Program-made: the position numbers and the translations under genes
From: Polyangiaceae bacterium
GTDB taxonomy: Bacteria; Myxococcota_A; Polyangia; Polyangiales; Polyangiaceae
Length of the DNA stretch: 48,755 nt
Direction of reading: 5' to 3'
NCBI GenBank assembly: GCA_035063585.1
Contig: JAPSGB010000034.1
Coordinates: forward strand, 1-48,755
Shown here: positions 37,565 through 48,755 of the stretch, one piece after another
How positions within the stretch are numbered: the first letter of the stretch is position 1
Layout of the letters: the number at the start of each line of letters is the position of its first letter
Notes under the pieces: model-generated
The model's database searches: none
What the model was told of the DNA's origin: nothing
The model's input: the letters and a program-made list of their open reading frames with translations, nothing else

Positions 37565-39112
37565 TCAGCCCGAGCGCTTCGCGCCGGCCAAGTCGCGGTG
37601 CAGCGGATAGAGGGAGAGCTCCTCGGCGGAGAGCCGCGAGAAGAGCGCCTCGCTCACGTCGGGCCACTCTTCGCGCGCGAGCGCGAGGTCGCTCATGCTC
37701 GCGTGGCGCTCGAAGAAGCTCGTGAGGACCGCGCCGATCTCGGACATGCTCGTCGCGAAATCCGTCACGAGCTCGACCATGTCTGCGTCATGGGTCTGGT
37801 CCGCGAGGTGCTCGAGCTCCGGGTAGAGCCGCGCGTCCTCCAGGCGCACGTGCGTCTCGATGAGCTCGCGGAGGCGTCGAAAGAGCGCGGGCGCCGCCGA
37901 GGCGTCACTCGAGGCGAGCACCGTCCCGATCTGCTTCGCGGTGAGCTTGATGGAAAGATGGTGCCCCTTCAGCGTGGCCATCAGCGTCTGCGAGGAGCGC
38001 GAGTCGATGGCGCCGCGCGGGCGGCTCCCGGACGAATCGTCGGACCTGCCGGCGCGGCTGCCCGTCGAGCTCGCGCTGCTCCTCGACGCCGACCCTACCC
38101 GCGCCTCCTCGAGGACCGAGCTCATGTGTTCGGTGGGCTGAGCCTCGGCGGCGGGGACCGGGACGGTCGGTCGCTCGGCGGCCGACTCGGGCGCTCCGCC
38201 GCGTTTGAGCGCCGCGTCTCGCGCGTGCTTCGCGCGCCCGAGCGAGCGCCGCGCGTCCGGCCCGCCGAGCTCGGCGAGCGCGGCGGCGAGCGCGACCACG
38301 TCCGCGAAGCGCCCGTCGACTCCCTTGTTCAAGCAGCGAGCGACGATCGCGCCGAGCGACGCGGGCGCCCAGGGCGCGACCTCGCCGAGCGGCCTCGGTG
38401 GCTCCGAGACGATCTGCATGAGGAGCGCGGCGAGCCCGTCGGCCGCGAAGGGCCGCGCCCCCGAGACCAGCTCGTAGAGGATGACCCCGAGCGACCAGAC
38501 GTCGGTGCGCGCGTCGACGTCCGCGGCGTTCGAGATCTGCTCGGGTGACATGTACGCCGGGGAGCCGACCACGCCGTCCGCCGAGGTGAGCGCCGCGGCC
38601 GCCGCCTCCTGGACCTTGCTGACCCCGAAATCGAGGAGCTTCACCCCCGGCTCGCCGTCCGCGTCGGTGACCAGCATCAGGTTCGACGGCTTGAGGTCCC
38701 GATGGATGACCCCCATGGCGTGCGCCTCTGCCAGCGCCTCGCACGCCTGCATCACGATGCCGACCGCCTCCGGGACCGGGAGCGTGCCTGCCGCCTTCAG
38801 CTTCAGATCGAGCGACTTTCCGTCCAGCAGCTCCATCACCATGAACGGCGCCCCGTTCGCGAGGGTGTCCACGTCGAAGATCCGCGCGATCCGCTCGCTC
38901 CTGAACTTTGCGGTGGCGCGCGCTTCCCGCAGGAAACGGGCGACCAGGTCGCTCCGCTCGATCGCCTCGGGCAAGAGGACCTTCATCGCGACGATGTCGT
39001 CGAGGTGGGTCCTCCGCACCGCGAGCACCACGCCCATTCCCCCTCGGCCGACCACCCGCACGACCTCGTAGCGGTTCGCAAGCACCGCCCCGGGCACGAA
39101 CGGATCCGTCAT
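37565..39112 (-). CDS. Ser/Thr protein kinase with C-terminal hemerythrin-like domain
   Basis: GRGGMG, HRDLKPSN, DFG, YMSPE; C-terminal LKGHH...HVRLEDARLYP...RLSAEELSLYP. Confidence 0.9.
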   Translation of the reverse strand: MTDPFVPGAVLANRYEVVRVVGRGGMGVVLAVRRTHLDDIVAMKVLLPEAIERSDLVARFLREARATAKFRSERIARIFDVDTLANGAPFMVMELLDGKSLDLKLKAAGTLPVPEAVGIVMQACEALAEAHAMGVIHRDLKPSNLMLVTDADGEPGVKLLDFGVSKVQEAAAAALTSADGVVGSPAYMSPEQISNAADVDARTDVWSLGVILYELVSGARPFAADGLAALLMQIVSEPPRPLGEVAPWAPASLGAIVARCLNKGVDGRFADVVALAAALAELGGPDARRSLGRAKHARDAALKRGGAPESAAERPTVPVPAAEAQPTEHMSSVLEEARVGSASRSSASSTGSRAGRSDDSSGSRPRGAIDSRSSQTLMATLKGHHLSIKLTAKQIGTVLASSDASAAPALFRRLRELIETHVRLEDARLYPELEHLADQTHDADMVELVTDFATSMSEIGAVLTSFFERHASMSDLALAREEWPDVSEALFSRLSAEELSLYPLHRDLAGAKRSG

Positions 39113-39213
39113 GACCTCAAAGGCTACTCTCTCCGCAAGCCTTCCGGCATGACCGCCGTCAGCCCCCTTGGTTTCGCGCGCGCCCGGCGCTCGGCCGCGC
39201 CCGCGGGCCGGCC

Positions 39214-40020
39214 CTACTCCGGCTGCTTCTTCGCGTTCGCGCTCCCCCGCGGCGCGATCTCATCCTTCGAGAAGACCATCGCGCTCATGAGATCGCGGTT
39301 CATCCGCGCGATGTACCCGACGCTGATCCCCTTCGGGCAAACCGCTTCGCACTCGTTGTGGTTCGAGCAGTGGCCGAAGCCCTCGTCGTCCATCTGCGAG
39401 ACCATCTTCCGCGCGCGATCCGCGCGCTCGGGCTGCCCCTGCGGGAGGAGGCCGAGGTGACCGATCTTGGCCGCCACGAACAGGCTCGCCGAGCCGTTCG
39501 GACAGGCCGCGACGCACGCGCCGCAGCCGATACACTGCGCGGCGTCCATGGCGAGCTCCGCGTCGTGCTTGGGTACCAAGGTCGCGTTGGCGTCGGGAGC
39601 CGCCCCGGCATGCGTGCTGATGTACCCGCCGGCTTGTACGATTCGATCGAAGGAGCCGCGGTCCACCACCAGATCGCGGACGACCGGGAATCCCGCGCTC
39701 CGCCACGGCTCGATGGTGATCTCCTCGCCGTCCCGGAAATGCCGCATGTGGAGCTGGCAGGTGGTGGTGGCAGCGCGCGGGCCGTGAGCGACGCCATTGA
39801 TCATCATGCCGCACATCCCGCAGATGCCCTCGCGGCAGTCGTGATCGAACGCGATGGGCTCCTCGCCCTTCTCGGCCAGCTCCTCGTTCACGACGTCGAG
39901 CATCTCGAGAAACGACATGTGGTCGTTGATGTTCTTGGCGTCGTAGTCCACGAACTTGCCGGGCGCGTTCGCGGTCGGCTGGCGCCAGACGTGAAGCTTG
40001 AGGTTGATGTTCTTCGCCAT
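39214..40020 (-). CDS. sdhB: Succinate dehydrogenase/fumarate reductase iron-sulfur subunit
   Basis: [34 protein letters not shown]; start ATG 40020. Confidence 0.96.
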   Translation of the reverse strand: MAKNINLKLHVWRQPTANAPGKFVDYDAKNINDHMSFLEMLDVVNEELAEKGEEPIAFDHDCREGICGMCGMMINGVAHGPRAATTTCQLHMRHFRDGEEITIEPWRSAGFPVVRDLVVDRGSFDRIVQAGGYISTHAGAAPDANATLVPKHDAELAMDAAQCIGCGACVAACPNGSASLFVAAKIGHLGLLPQGQPERADRARKMVSQMDDEGFGHCSNHNECEAVCPKGISVGYIARMNRDLMSAMVFSKDEIAPRGSANAKKQPE

Positions 40021-40022
40021 CG

Positions 40023-41951
<1,929 letters not shown>

Positions 41952-41958
41952 GATGCCC

Positions 41959-42621
41959 TTACTTGACGATGCCGGTGAGGACGGCGACGGGGAACGAGAT
42001 GTTGGCGATGGCGACCACGAACGCGAACGTCTGCGCGATGAGCTTGCGCTTGGCGTTGTAGCGCGGGTGGCTGAGCCCGAGCGACTGCATCAGGCTCCAG
42101 GAGCCGTGATAGAGGTGAAACCCGAGGCAGAGGTTGCCGAGGATGTAGAGCGCCGCCACCCAGGGGATGCTGAAGCCGGCGACCACGTTGCTGTACACGT
42201 CGGTGCGGCTGAACTCGTGACCGAGGTCGAGCCCCGGCGCCGTGAAGTGCGCGAGGTGAAAGAGGATGTAAAAGAGGAGGACGGGCCCGGTGAACTTCAT
42301 CGTGCGCGACGCGTAGGTCGAGGCGATGCTCTTCTTCATCCGGTAGGCCTGGGGGCGAGCCGCGCTCGTCTTCTTGTAGAGCTGCACGGTCGTGACGACG
42401 TGCAGCACGAGCGACAGCGCGACCAGCGCGCGCGTCCCCCAGAGCAGGGGCGCGATCGATTTTACCTTGTGCGCGTAGTCATTGAGCGCCTCGGGCCCGA
42501 GGTAGAGCTGGAGGTTGCCGAGCATGTGCCCGATGACGAACCCAAACAGCACCAGGCCCGAGACGGCCATCACGGCCTTCTTGCCGATCGCCGTATCGTA
42601 GAGAGAGAGAGCCTTTTGCAT
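41959..42621 (-). CDS. sdhC: Succinate dehydrogenase cytochrome b subunit (single-anchor type)
   Basis: [16 protein letters not shown], five TM segments with His ligands; first gene of sdhCAB. Confidence 0.95.
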   Translation of the reverse strand: MQKALSLYDTAIGKKAVMAVSGLVLFGFVIGHMLGNLQLYLGPEALNDYAHKVKSIAPLLWGTRALVALSLVLHVVTTVQLYKKTSAARPQAYRMKKSIASTYASRTMKFTGPVLLFYILFHLAHFTAPGLDLGHEFSRTDVYSNVVAGFSIPWVAALYILGNLCLGFHLYHGSWSLMQSLGLSHPRYNAKRKLIAQTFAFVVAIANISFPVAVLTGIVK

Positions 42622-42818
42622 GATCTTTCGAGTGGCGGCAGGGCCCAGCGCCCGCGCCGCGCGAGCCCTGCTCTACCGCACCCGAGCCGCCTTGCGCCAG
42701 GATCAAGATCATCGGGTCATTTCGCCGAACTCTCCGGGACTTACCGGAGTTCGCGGGCTGCCGGTCCGGCGCGGCCGGCGGCGCGCGCGTGCGCCCGGCG
42801 CCGCGCCCGCTCCCGCCC

Positions 42819-43685
42819 TCAGAAGAGGCCCTGGACGCTCGCGAAGGCCCCGCCGGGGCGGGCGCTCACGTCCACGCGCACGCCCCGCTCCGCCTCGCTC
42901 GGCGGTTCCTGCTCGCCGGACGACGAGGTGAGGAGCAGATAGCTCGCGACCACGAGCGAGACGACTCCGACCCCGAGCGAGAGGTCCGCGAAGAGGTACT
43001 GGTCCTTGATCGGGCGGAGGTCATCGTCCGTGCAGGTCCTGGTGTCGGCGCACGCGAGCGCGTCCTGCGCGCTCTTGCCGCTCAGCCCGAAGTACGCGAA
43101 CCCGCCGACCCCCACCGCTCCGAGCCCGAGCAGCGCGAACCCGAGCGTCCGCTGGGCGCCGCCGGGCGAGGACGCCTCGACCTCGGACCGCGCGCCGCGG
43201 GCGTCGCTCGAGGCACCGGCCTCGTAGACGGCCACGACGCGCTGCGCCTTCCCGCCTTCCATCACCACGAAATCGACCTGCTGCCGTCCGTAGCGCTCGC
43301 TCTCGAACACGAACGACTGTGGGCCCGGATCCATGGGCACGGCCTTGCCGTCGAGGCCGCGCGCGAGCACCTCGTCGCCGAGCCTGACGCTGACGTCCGT
43401 GAGGCTCCTTCCGTCGGCCGTGGCACTGAACACGACGGTCGGCAGCGCGCTGTCGACCTCCGACAACCACTTGGCGCAGTCGTCCTTGATGAAGCCCGGA
43501 CAGCGCGCCTGCGAGCAGGTGAGGAGGCTCTGGCGAGCGCTCCGCAGGTGGTCTTGGTGGCGCTGCTCCTGAGACGACTCGTACGCGCTCGCGCAGTCCG
43601 GCTCGGCGGCGCGAGCGTGCGAAGTCGCCAAGAGCAGCGCCACCAGGCACGCGCCGAGCGGCGCCCGGGAGACCAGTTCACGCAT
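42819..43685 (-). CDS. Exported protein with Cys-containing helical domain, PEGA-like domain and C-terminal beta-signal
   Basis: Signal peptide (ARA|AE), CASAYE...CSQARCP...DCAKWL, MDPGPQSFVFE, two hydrophobic segments, ends ASVQGLF. Confidence 0.8.
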   Translation of the reverse strand: MRELVSRAPLGACLVALLLATSHARAAEPDCASAYESSQEQRHQDHLRSARQSLLTCSQARCPGFIKDDCAKWLSEVDSALPTVVFSATADGRSLTDVSVRLGDEVLARGLDGKAVPMDPGPQSFVFESERYGRQQVDFVVMEGGKAQRVVAVYEAGASSDARGARSEVEASSPGGAQRTLGFALLGLGAVGVGGFAYFGLSGKSAQDALACADTRTCTDDDLRPIKDQYLFADLSLGVGVVSLVVASYLLLTSSSGEQEPPSEAERGVRVDVSARPGGAFASVQGLF

Positions 43686-43718
43686 GGGCGAAGCTCAGCA
43701 TACCCGAAAGGAGCGGCC

Positions 43719-45308
43719 TCAACCGCAGCCCGGCTTGACCCGACGGATCCCGTCGGGGTCGACGTAAATCGGCGGATCGCACTTATTTTGGGCTGGTCTC
43801 GGTCGAGGCCGAGCCGCAGGCTTGGTGAGGGGGCGCGCCGGTCGCGCCTCGGCCGGCTCGGGTTCGGTTGCCTCGGCGGGGCGCGCTTCGAGCTCGACCG
43901 GTGGCGCGACGCCGGGGGTCGGCGAGCCGGTGCTCGCCGAAGGCCGGGGCTCCTCCACGACCGCCTCGGTGGCCGGCGCGACGGGCGAAGCGCCGAGGTC
44001 GGCCGGACCGCTCGGCGACGGGCTCACGGCCCGCGCGCCGGCCGGCGCGGCCGGTCGGTTCCAGAGCACCGCCACGAACACCCCGATGGCTGCCACCAGC
44101 GCCCCGGTGACGGCGAGCAGGATGGCGATGAGCTTTCGGTTCGCAGGGCTCCCGCGCGCCCCGCGCTGGCTCGAGCGGAGCGGCGCGAGCGCCGGGCTCG
44201 GCGGGACGCCCGCCACGATCCGCGACCTCTGCGACGGAAGTGTGAGCGGCTCCCCGGCGGCGGTCGCCTCGTAAGGAGGCGAGCCGCCCTCGCCAACCCC
44301 TCGGGGGACGGTCGCGGGCGGCGTCGCGCTCGAGGAGTGCTCGATTTCCGCGATCCGCGAGGCCCGCGCGTCGAGCGTCTCACGCCCGATCCGCGCCACC
44401 CACTCCCCGACCTCACGCGGCAGCGCAACCGCTCCAGACTCTTCGAGGGCGATCGCAAATGCTTGCGCCGTCGCGAAGCGCCCCTCGCGGTCTCTCGACA
44501 GCGCCTTTTCTACGATGGCGTCGAGTATGGAAGGAACGCTCGCTTCGACTCGACTCGGAGGCGGTACCTTCGTTTCAGCGATCTTGTTGATGATCTCCGC
44601 CGGGCTCTGGCCGTCGAACAGCCGCTGTCCGGTGAGGGCCTCCCACAGGACGATCCCGGCGGCGAAGACGTCCGTCCGGCGGTCCAAGTCGCCGCCGCCG
44701 AGCTGCTCCGGGGCCATGTAGCTGACCTTCCCCTTCACCTGGCCGTCGCGCGTCGAGGTCACGCGCGCGGCGGCCTTGGCCACCCCGAAATCGAGCACGC
44801 GGGCGACGCCGTCCACCCCGAGCAGGACATTTTGCGGGCTCACGTCGCGGTGCACGAGATGGAGCGGCTCTCCGCGCTCGCTCTTGGCCTCGTGCGCGGC
44901 GTGCAGGCCGGTGAGCGCCCCGATCAGGCCCGCCACCGCGATCCGCGGAGGGACGCTCGCGCCGCGAGCGCGGCTCGCGCGGACGAGCTTCGAGAGCGCC
45001 TCGCCATGGACGTATTCCATGACGAGGAACACCTCGCCATCGACCGCGACGACGTCGAGGGTGCTCACCACGTTGGGGTGCTGGATCCGGGCGGCGATCC
45101 GCGCCTCGTCCAAGAACATCTCGACGAACTCCGGATCGCGAGCGAACTGCGGGTGCAAGCGCTTGATGGCGACCGTGCGCGAGAACCCGGCCGCGCCAAC
45201 CAGCCGCCCGAAATGGACGGTGGCCATCCCGCCGGCGGCAAGCTCGCCGTAGAGCGCATAACGCCCGATGATGCGCGGCTCGAGCGCTCCGAGCGGGCTC
45301 GCTTGCAT
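43719..45308 (-). CDS. Membrane Ser/Thr protein kinase
   Basis: AGGMA, AIK, HRDVSPQN, DFG, YMAPE; TM helix; Pro-rich tail ending CDPPIYVDPDGIRRVKPGCG. Confidence 0.95.
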   Translation of the reverse strand: MQASPLGALEPRIIGRYALYGELAAGGMATVHFGRLVGAAGFSRTVAIKRLHPQFARDPEFVEMFLDEARIAARIQHPNVVSTLDVVAVDGEVFLVMEYVHGEALSKLVRASRARGASVPPRIAVAGLIGALTGLHAAHEAKSERGEPLHLVHRDVSPQNVLLGVDGVARVLDFGVAKAAARVTSTRDGQVKGKVSYMAPEQLGGGDLDRRTDVFAAGIVLWEALTGQRLFDGQSPAEIINKIAETKVPPPSRVEASVPSILDAIVEKALSRDREGRFATAQAFAIALEESGAVALPREVGEWVARIGRETLDARASRIAEIEHSSSATPPATVPRGVGEGGSPPYEATAAGEPLTLPSQRSRIVAGVPPSPALAPLRSSQRGARGSPANRKLIAILLAVTGALVAAIGVFVAVLWNRPAAPAGARAVSPSPSGPADLGASPVAPATEAVVEEPRPSASTGSPTPGVAPPVELEARPAEATEPEPAEARPARPLTKPAARPRPRPAQNKCDPPIYVDPDGIRRVKPGCG

Positions 45309-45401
45309 CGCGATTTCCTACCACACCTCGAGCCGGCGGCCGGTCGCGGAGACGGCGGCCGGCGTGAGCGGGCCCGAGCCCGGCTCGCGCGCCGCGCCGG
45401 C

Positions 45402-46577
45402 TCAGTTGCACTGCGAGCCCTTCGGGGCGCACCGTCCACAGACGCAGGTGATCGATGGGCCGTTACACGTCCCGCACGAGCCGCCGCAGCCGTCGTCGCC
45501 GCAGTTGCTGCCCAGGCAGTGCGGCGTGCAGCAGGTGCCGTTCGCGCGGCACGTGCTACCGGTGTCGCACCCGCAATCCGACGCGCACGCCTTGCAGTTC
45601 TCGCCGGTCTCACAAACGCCATTCCCGCAGACGATGTCGGGCATGCAGATGCCACCCACGCAGCTCTCACCGCTCAGGCAGCTCCCGCACGAGCCGCCGC
45701 AGCCGTTGTCGCCGCAGTCCTTTCCGGTGCAGCTCGGAGCGCAGCAGCTGCCGTTCGCGCCGCAGGTCTGCCCGGACGCGCAGGTGCAGTCATTCGGGCA
45801 GTTCGCGCAGCTCTCCCCGGACTGACAGACGCCATTGCCGCACGCGACATCGAGCCTACACGACCCAGCGGCGCAGCTCTCTCCCGAGTCGCACGCGCCG
45901 CAGCTGCCGCCGCAACCGTCCGCGCCGCAGGATTTCCCCGCGCAGCTCGGCTCGCAACACCTCCCCGCCACGCAGCTACCGGTCGGGCACCGGCAGTCGA
46001 GACAGTTGTCGCAAGTCTCGCCGTCGGCCGCGCTGCAGGTGCCGTCACCGCAAGCTACCGCGCTCTCGCAGGCGCCGCTGCTCGAGCATATCTTACCGGA
46101 ACCGCAGCTACCGCAGGTCCCCGCGCAGCCGTCCGCACCGCAAGACTTTCCATCGCAGTCGGGCTGGCAACACTGGCCCTCGATGCAGCTCCCGCCGCCG
46201 CACCCGCAGTCGAGCGGGCAGGTGTCGCAGGTCTCTCCGCCGTCGCAGGTTCCGTTACCGCAGCTCGCCTGCTTCAGGCATTGGTTGTCCACGCAGAGCT
46301 CGCCTGGCGCGCACGTGCCGCATCTCTGCGCGTTGCCGCACGCGTCGAGCACCATCCCGCAGGCCACGCCGAGCTTCGCGCAGTCGGCTTGGACGCAGCC
46401 CGACTCCGGCGGGGTTGCGGCATCGACGCCCCCATCGGCTCCCGCTTCCTGCGCCCCTCTGCCGCCTCGTAGCCCGTCGAGGTTCGTCAGCGAGCACCCT
46501 GACGCGAGCGCGAGCGCCAGCGCGACGAGCGCCGTCAGTACCGAAGCGCGCGAAATGAGCCCGAGCCGCGCCGTCAT
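45402..46577 (-). CDS. Cys-rich repeat lipoprotein
   Basis: Lipobox ASGC; four alternating CGNGxC..GExC..C..DC and CxGKxCGxDGCGGxCGxC units. Confidence 0.85.
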   Translation of the reverse strand: MTARLGLISRASVLTALVALALALASGCSLTNLDGLRGGRGAQEAGADGGVDAATPPESGCVQADCAKLGVACGMVLDACGNAQRCGTCAPGELCVDNQCLKQASCGNGTCDGGETCDTCPLDCGCGGGSCIEGQCCQPDCDGKSCGADGCAGTCGSCGSGKICSSSGACESAVACGDGTCSAADGETCDNCLDCRCPTGSCVAGRCCEPSCAGKSCGADGCGGSCGACDSGESCAAGSCRLDVACGNGVCQSGESCANCPNDCTCASGQTCGANGSCCAPSCTGKDCGDNGCGGSCGSCLSGESCVGGICMPDIVCGNGVCETGENCKACASDCGCDTGSTCRANGTCCTPHCLGSNCGDDGCGGSCGTCNGPSITCVCGRCAPKGSQCN

Positions 46578-46641
46578 ACCGCTCGGAGTATAGCACCGCG
46601 TCGCGCGCGCTCACCGGTCGAGCTCGTGCGCTCGCGCGCGT

Positions 46642-46887
46642 GCGAAGCGACGTGTCATCTGCGCGCCACTTCGGCAGGAGGCGGACCCTCGGCGACCGAA
46701 CCTTGCTCGCGAAGTCGAGCCGTGTCATCTGTGCGCCCGTGGGCGCGCGATCGCGGCGCTAGAGGAAGCGCTGGACGACCGCGAAGTCGAGACGTGTCAT
46801 CTGTGCGCCCATGGGCGCGCGATCGCGGCGCTAGAGGAAGCGCTGGACGACCGCGAAGTCGAGACGTGTTATCTGTGCGCCCATGGG
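46642..46887. repeat. 72-bp tandem array A (2.5 copies at 46708-46887 plus a degenerate core at 46642-46667)
   Basis: Units start at 46708, 46780, 46852; core cgtgt[c/t]atctg at 46651, 46721, 46793, 46865. Confidence 0.9.
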
Positions 46888-48544
46888 TGTTCGCACGGCC
46901 CTCGCGGCGCTCGGCGCAGCCGCGCTCGCGCCCGGCCGAGCTAACGCGGCTTGGCACGCTGCGGCGAGCCCCCTCGCGGCGCTCGGCGCGGCCGCGCTCG
47001 CGCTCGGCCGACCTAGCGCGGCTTGGCACGCTGCGGCGAGCCCCTTCGCGGCGCTCGGCGCAGCCGCGCTCGCGCTCGGCCGACCTAGCGCGGCTTGGCG
47101 CGCTGCGGCGAGCCCCCTCGCGGTGCTCGGCGCGGCCGCGCTCGCGCTCGGCGGGGCGGCGTGCGGCGGCGAGGAGAGCGCCAGCGAAGAGCCCCCCGCG
47201 GGGCCGTCGCGTGTGGAGGTCGATGGGCGCCGCTTCCGCGACGCGCTCGGACGTGAGCTCATCCTGCGCGGCTATAACGCCAAGGTCGCGCCGCTCTTCG
47301 ACGTCACCTTCGACGACGGACGCGCTCCGAACGAGGTGTTCCCCGCGTTCGACGCGGCGGCCGCCGCGCGCTACGAGGAGCTCGGCTTCAACGTGCTCCG
47401 CCTCCCGGTGAGCTGGAGCGCGCTCGAGCCGGAGCCGAAGCGGTACGCTCGCGCGTTCTTCGACGCGCTCGGCGAGACGATGAGGCTCGCGCGGGAGCAC
47501 CATTTCTACCTCGTCATCGATCTGCACCAAGACGCCTACTCGAAGGAGATCGGACAAGACGGCGCGCCGCTCTGGGCCATCGTGCCCGCGCCTACCAAGC
47601 TCCTCGAAGGCCCCTATGACGACGCGCGCCGGCTCTCCCCGGAGGTGCTCCAGGCCGGGTTCAACTTCTTCGCGAACGCGCCCGCCGCAGACGGCCGGCC
47701 GCTCCAGGAGGCGTTCGTCGACGCGGTAAAGCAAATCGTAAAGTATGTGAGGCGCGACCCGGTGGTGCTCGGCTACGAGGCCTTCAACGAGCCGGTGGTG
47801 CTCTCCACGAGCGAGCTCGACGCCTTCCACGAGCGCTTCGCGGCGGGCGTGCACGCGGTCGACCCGAGCGCGCCGGTCTTCTTCGAGCCCATCGGTACCC
47901 GCAACCAGACCGACCAAGCGCGCATCCCGGCGGAGCCGTGGGCCGCCGGGTCCGGCGTGTACGCGCCGCACATCTACACGGGGTGGTTCTCGCGCCCGTC
48001 GCAGAACGACTGGGAGTCGGAGGACCCGGCCGCGCTCGAGCCGAGCATGCTCGCTGCCGAAGCCGAGGCCGAGGCCTGGGGCGCGCCGCTCTTCATCGGG
48101 GAGTTCGGCTGCGATCAGACGATGGCGCGCGGGCCGAAATGGCTGGAGGCCGAGCTCGACCTCCAAGATCGCCTGCTCACCTCGAGCACGGCGTGGGTGT
48201 GGGCCGAGACCGGGCTCTGGGGCCTGCGCGACGGCGAGAACCAGGAGCGGGCGGCGACCGCGCGGATCGTCGCGCGGCCCTTCCCGCGCGCGGTGGCCGG
48301 CGATCTCATCGCGCTCGAGCGTCCCGCGCCGGGGCGGCTCGTCGTGCGCTACCGTGTGACCCGCGCGGCGCGCGGCCGCGCGCACGAGGTGAGCCTCAGC
48401 CGCGCGAGCGTCACCGGCGTCACCATCTCCTGCGACGGCGCGCCGGTGGAGTACGAGTCCGCGCCCGGCCGCGCGACCTTCACGTGCCCCGACGCGAGCG
48501 AGGGCGAACATGCGTTCGAGCTCGCCGGCAGCCCGGTGGAGTAA
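46883..48544 (+). CDS. Glycoside hydrolase family 5 (endoglycoceramidase-like) lipoprotein
   Basis: LILRGYN, GFNVLRL, IDLHQD, FNEP (acid/base), APHIY, IGEFG (nucleophile), RPFPRAVAG. Confidence 0.9.
   Translation: MGVRTALAALGAAALAPGRANAAWHAAASPLAALGAAALALGRPSAAWHAAASPFAALGAAALALGRPSAAWRAAASPLAVLGAAALALGGAACGGEESASEEPPAGPSRVEVDGRRFRDALGRELILRGYNAKVAPLFDVTFDDGRAPNEVFPAFDAAAAARYEELGFNVLRLPVSWSALEPEPKRYARAFFDALGETMRLAREHHFYLVIDLHQDAYSKEIGQDGAPLWAIVPAPTKLLEGPYDDARRLSPEVLQAGFNFFANAPAADGRPLQEAFVDAVKQIVKYVRRDPVVLGYEAFNEPVVLSTSELDAFHERFAAGVHAVDPSAPVFFEPIGTRNQTDQARIPAEPWAAGSGVYAPHIYTGWFSRPSQNDWESEDPAALEPSMLAAEAEAEAWGAPLFIGEFGCDQTMARGPKWLEAELDLQDRLLTSSTAWVWAETGLWGLRDGENQERAATARIVARPFPRAVAGDLIALERPAPGRLVVRYRVTRAARGRAHEVSLSRASVTGVTISCDGAPVEYESAPGRATFTCPDASEGEHAFELAGSPVE
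46901..47152 (+). repeat. 72-bp tandem array B (3.5 copies) inside the GH5 signal peptide
   Basis: Units start at 46901, 46973, 47045, 47117 and encode LAALGAAALALGRPSAAWHAAASP variants. Confidence 0.92.
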
Positions 48545-48603
48545 CGCCGGCGCGCGCGGAGGGACGCCCGCAGGGCTATCGCGGAGCGCGAGCGGGAGAG
48601 AGT

Positions 48604-48755
48604 GACGTCGGCGCGCGCGGAGGGACGTCGGCGCGCGCGGAGGGACGTCGGTGCGCGGAGGGACGTCGGTGCGCGGAGGGACGTCGGTGCGCGGAGGGAC
48701 GTCGGTGCGCGGAGGGACGTCGGTGCGCGGAGGGACGTCGGTGCGCGGAGGGACG
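48604..48755. repeat. Minisatellite running off the window end
   Basis: Two 20-bp units gacgtcggcgcgcgcggagg, then six 18-bp units gacgtcggtgcgcggagg and a partial unit. Confidence 0.95.

Noticed and set aside
42725..42753. Imperfect inverted repeat upstream of sdhC as a riboswitch or operator
   Set aside because: Short and bulged, matches no RNA family I recognise, and such stems are common in GC-rich DNA
42789..46472. 1227-aa plus-strand ORF
   Set aside because: Antisense to three well-supported genes; no motifs
46642..46887. CRISPR-like geometry (about 36-bp conserved part plus about 36-bp intervening part)
   Set aside because: Two of three intervening sequences are identical, cores are degenerate, there is no AT-rich leader or cas gene, and the last core contains the GH5 start; tandem duplication fits better

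Overview
Very GC-rich bacterial DNA. The gene content (MYXO-CTERM protein, four Hanks-type Ser/Thr kinases, TPR/PEGA proteins, Cys-rich lipoproteins) points to Myxococcota, probably Polyangiales; this taxonomy is inference. About 33 real CDSs can be picked out from many GC-driven shadow ORFs. Housekeeping genes (coaE, folD, lgt, lspA, cyaY, type-2 ileS, sdhCAB, and a separated mrfA/mrfB repair pair) are mixed with about 11 predicted lipoproteins and several signalling genes. No rRNA, tRNA, transposase, integrase or convincing CRISPR array was seen. The best candidate for an undescribed system is a cassette present twice: membrane Ser/Thr kinase with a Cys tail + helical/PEGA protein ending in a beta-signal + variable lipoprotein. 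One copy is paired with an enhancer-binding protein that lacks GAFTGA. Other notable observations: a kinase-hemerythrin fusion behind sdhCAB; an IleRS with KESKS and a 112-aa insertion; two adjacent unrelated 72-bp tandem arrays multiplying the promoter/start and the signal peptide of a GH5 gene; and TAnnnT boxes directly upstream of many start codons, suggesting leaderless transcripts. All calls come from reading motifs by eye; no database searches were run.
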